A stretch of 13,808 nucleotides of DNA from Candidatus Methylomirabilia bacterium (GTDB taxonomy: Bacteria > Methylomirabilota > Methylomirabilia > Rokubacteriales > CSP1-6): positions 1 to 13,808 of the forward strand of contig JBGPXN010000114.1 of assembly GCA_041492755.1 (NCBI GenBank), written 5' to 3'. Position numbers and translations under genes: made by a program. Within the stretch, counting starts at the first letter, position 1. Each line of letters begins with the position of its first letter. This document shows positions 13,002 to 13,808 of the stretch, in pieces. Below the pieces are notes generated by a model, which saw only the letters and a list, made by a program, of their open reading frames with translations, was not told the origin of the DNA and ran no database searches.

Positions 13002-13808
13002 ATGCCCACGAACGTCATCATGCCGGCGCTGGAGCTCGCGCAGGAGACCGGCAAGGTCCTGCGCTGGCTCAAGGCGCCCGGCGAGCGCGTGCGGAAGGGC
13101 GAGCCACTCGTCGAGATCGAGACCGACAAGATCACCACCGAGATCGAGGCCCCTGCGTCGGGCGTGCTTGGCGACGTGAGCGCGCGCGAAGGCGACGTGG
13201 TGCCGGTTGGACAGACGATCGCTCGTATCCTCGCGGAGGCGGGCGCGGGTACTCCCGCAACGGCTGTGCCGGCACCAGCGACGGCAGACGGCGCGTCCGC
13301 GGTCATCAGTGCTGGGTCGTCCCTTTCGGGGTCATCGGCAGTCAAGGCGTCTCCTCTCGCGCGAAGGATCGCTGAGGAGCACGGGGTCGATCTCGCCCAG
13401 ATCAAGACGAGTAGCGGGCGGATCGAAAAGGCCGACGTCCTCGCCTACGTCGAGAATCGCGCGCAGACCGCGAACCGCTCGGCCATCGCCGACAGCAGCA
13501 CCGCGCGCCTCCGCGCCGCGTCCCCGAAGGCGCGGCGACTGGCGGCCGAGCGTGGTGTCGACATCACCGTCGTTCGCGGCTCGGGGCCGGGCGGCGCCAT
13601 CCTCGCGGCGGACGTCGCTACAGCGCAAGTTTCCGCGGTAGGGACCGGCGCCCGCCTGGCCCCCGCCGTCTCCCGGCCGGAGACGCCCGGCGTCGGCACC
13701 GTCTGGCGCATCATGGCCGAGCGCATGACGGCGAGCTGGACCACCGCGCCCCACTTCTATCTGGTGCGCGAGGTCAACGTGAACCGGCTCGTCTCCTGGC
13801 TCGATCGC
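13002..13808 (+). CDS. Dihydrolipoamide acyltransferase E2 (AcoC/PdhC-like); 3'-truncated by the window edge
   Basis: Not in the ORF track because no stop falls inside the window. Manual translation from ATG 13002: MPTNVIMPALELAQETGKVLRWLK...EIETDKITTEIEAPASG (lipoyl domain), Ala-rich linker, two ASPxARR binding domains, then WRIMAERMTASWTTAPHFYL (start of the catalytic domain). Confidence 0.94.
   Translation, partial: MPTNVIMPALELAQETGKVLRWLKAPGERVRKGEPLVEIETDKITTEIEAPASGVLGDVSAREGDVVPVGQTIARILAEAGAGTPATAVPAPATADGASAVISAGSSLSGSSAVKASPLARRIAEEHGVDLAQIKTSSGRIEKADVLAYVENRAQTANRSAIADSSTARLRAASPKARRLAAERGVDITVVRGSGPGGAILAADVATAQVSAVGTGARLAPAVSRPETPGVGTVWRIMAERMTASWTTAPHFYLVREVNVNRLVSWLDR

Noticed and set aside
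12973..13333. 11-nt direct repeat CTTTCGGGGTC at 12973 and 13323
   Set aside because: Short, does not extend, and the second copy lies inside the intact E2 linker. Probably chance.
6442..13405. Long antisense or alternate-frame ORFs (6442..8547, 6563..8623, 9665..11098, 10329..11912, 11696..13405; likewise 780..1736, 2804..3964, 3853..5160)
   Set aside because: They overlap well-supported genes, show no recognisable motifs, and are expected in high-GC coding DNA.

Overview
High-GC bacterial DNA. The gene style and intergenic palindromes recall Candidatus Rokubacteria/Methylomirabilota, but this is an impression and not verified. In order the window holds: the 3' part of an LLM-class (probably F420-dependent) oxidoreductase; a ThDP-dependent 2-oxoacid/acetoin dehydrogenase E1-alpha gene; nine intervening genes (AHL-lactonase-family MBL hydrolase, Frc-like class III CoA-transferase, TfdA-like Fe(II)/2-oxoglutarate dioxygenase, LysR regulator, sdhC, sdhA, frameshifted sdhB, DHA2/EmrB-type MFS transporter, Uma2/DUF820 nuclease); and then E1-beta and the start of E2. 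The most striking structure is that E1-alpha and E1-beta are about 10.1 kb apart, and a diverged copy of the last 48 nt of E1-alpha (39/48 identical, no gaps, stop retained) sits directly in front of E1-beta. That copy forms a 19-aa mini-ORF with its own SD and a candidate promoter. Other notable points: the sdh operon has both a TG-duplication frameshift in sdhB and a His-to-Gln change in the SdhA HGANRLG motif; a four-hairpin REP/BIME-like cluster lies between tfdA and lysR; and a 33-bp palindrome follows the Uma2 gene. No rRNA, tRNA, CRISPR array, integrase or transposase was seen.
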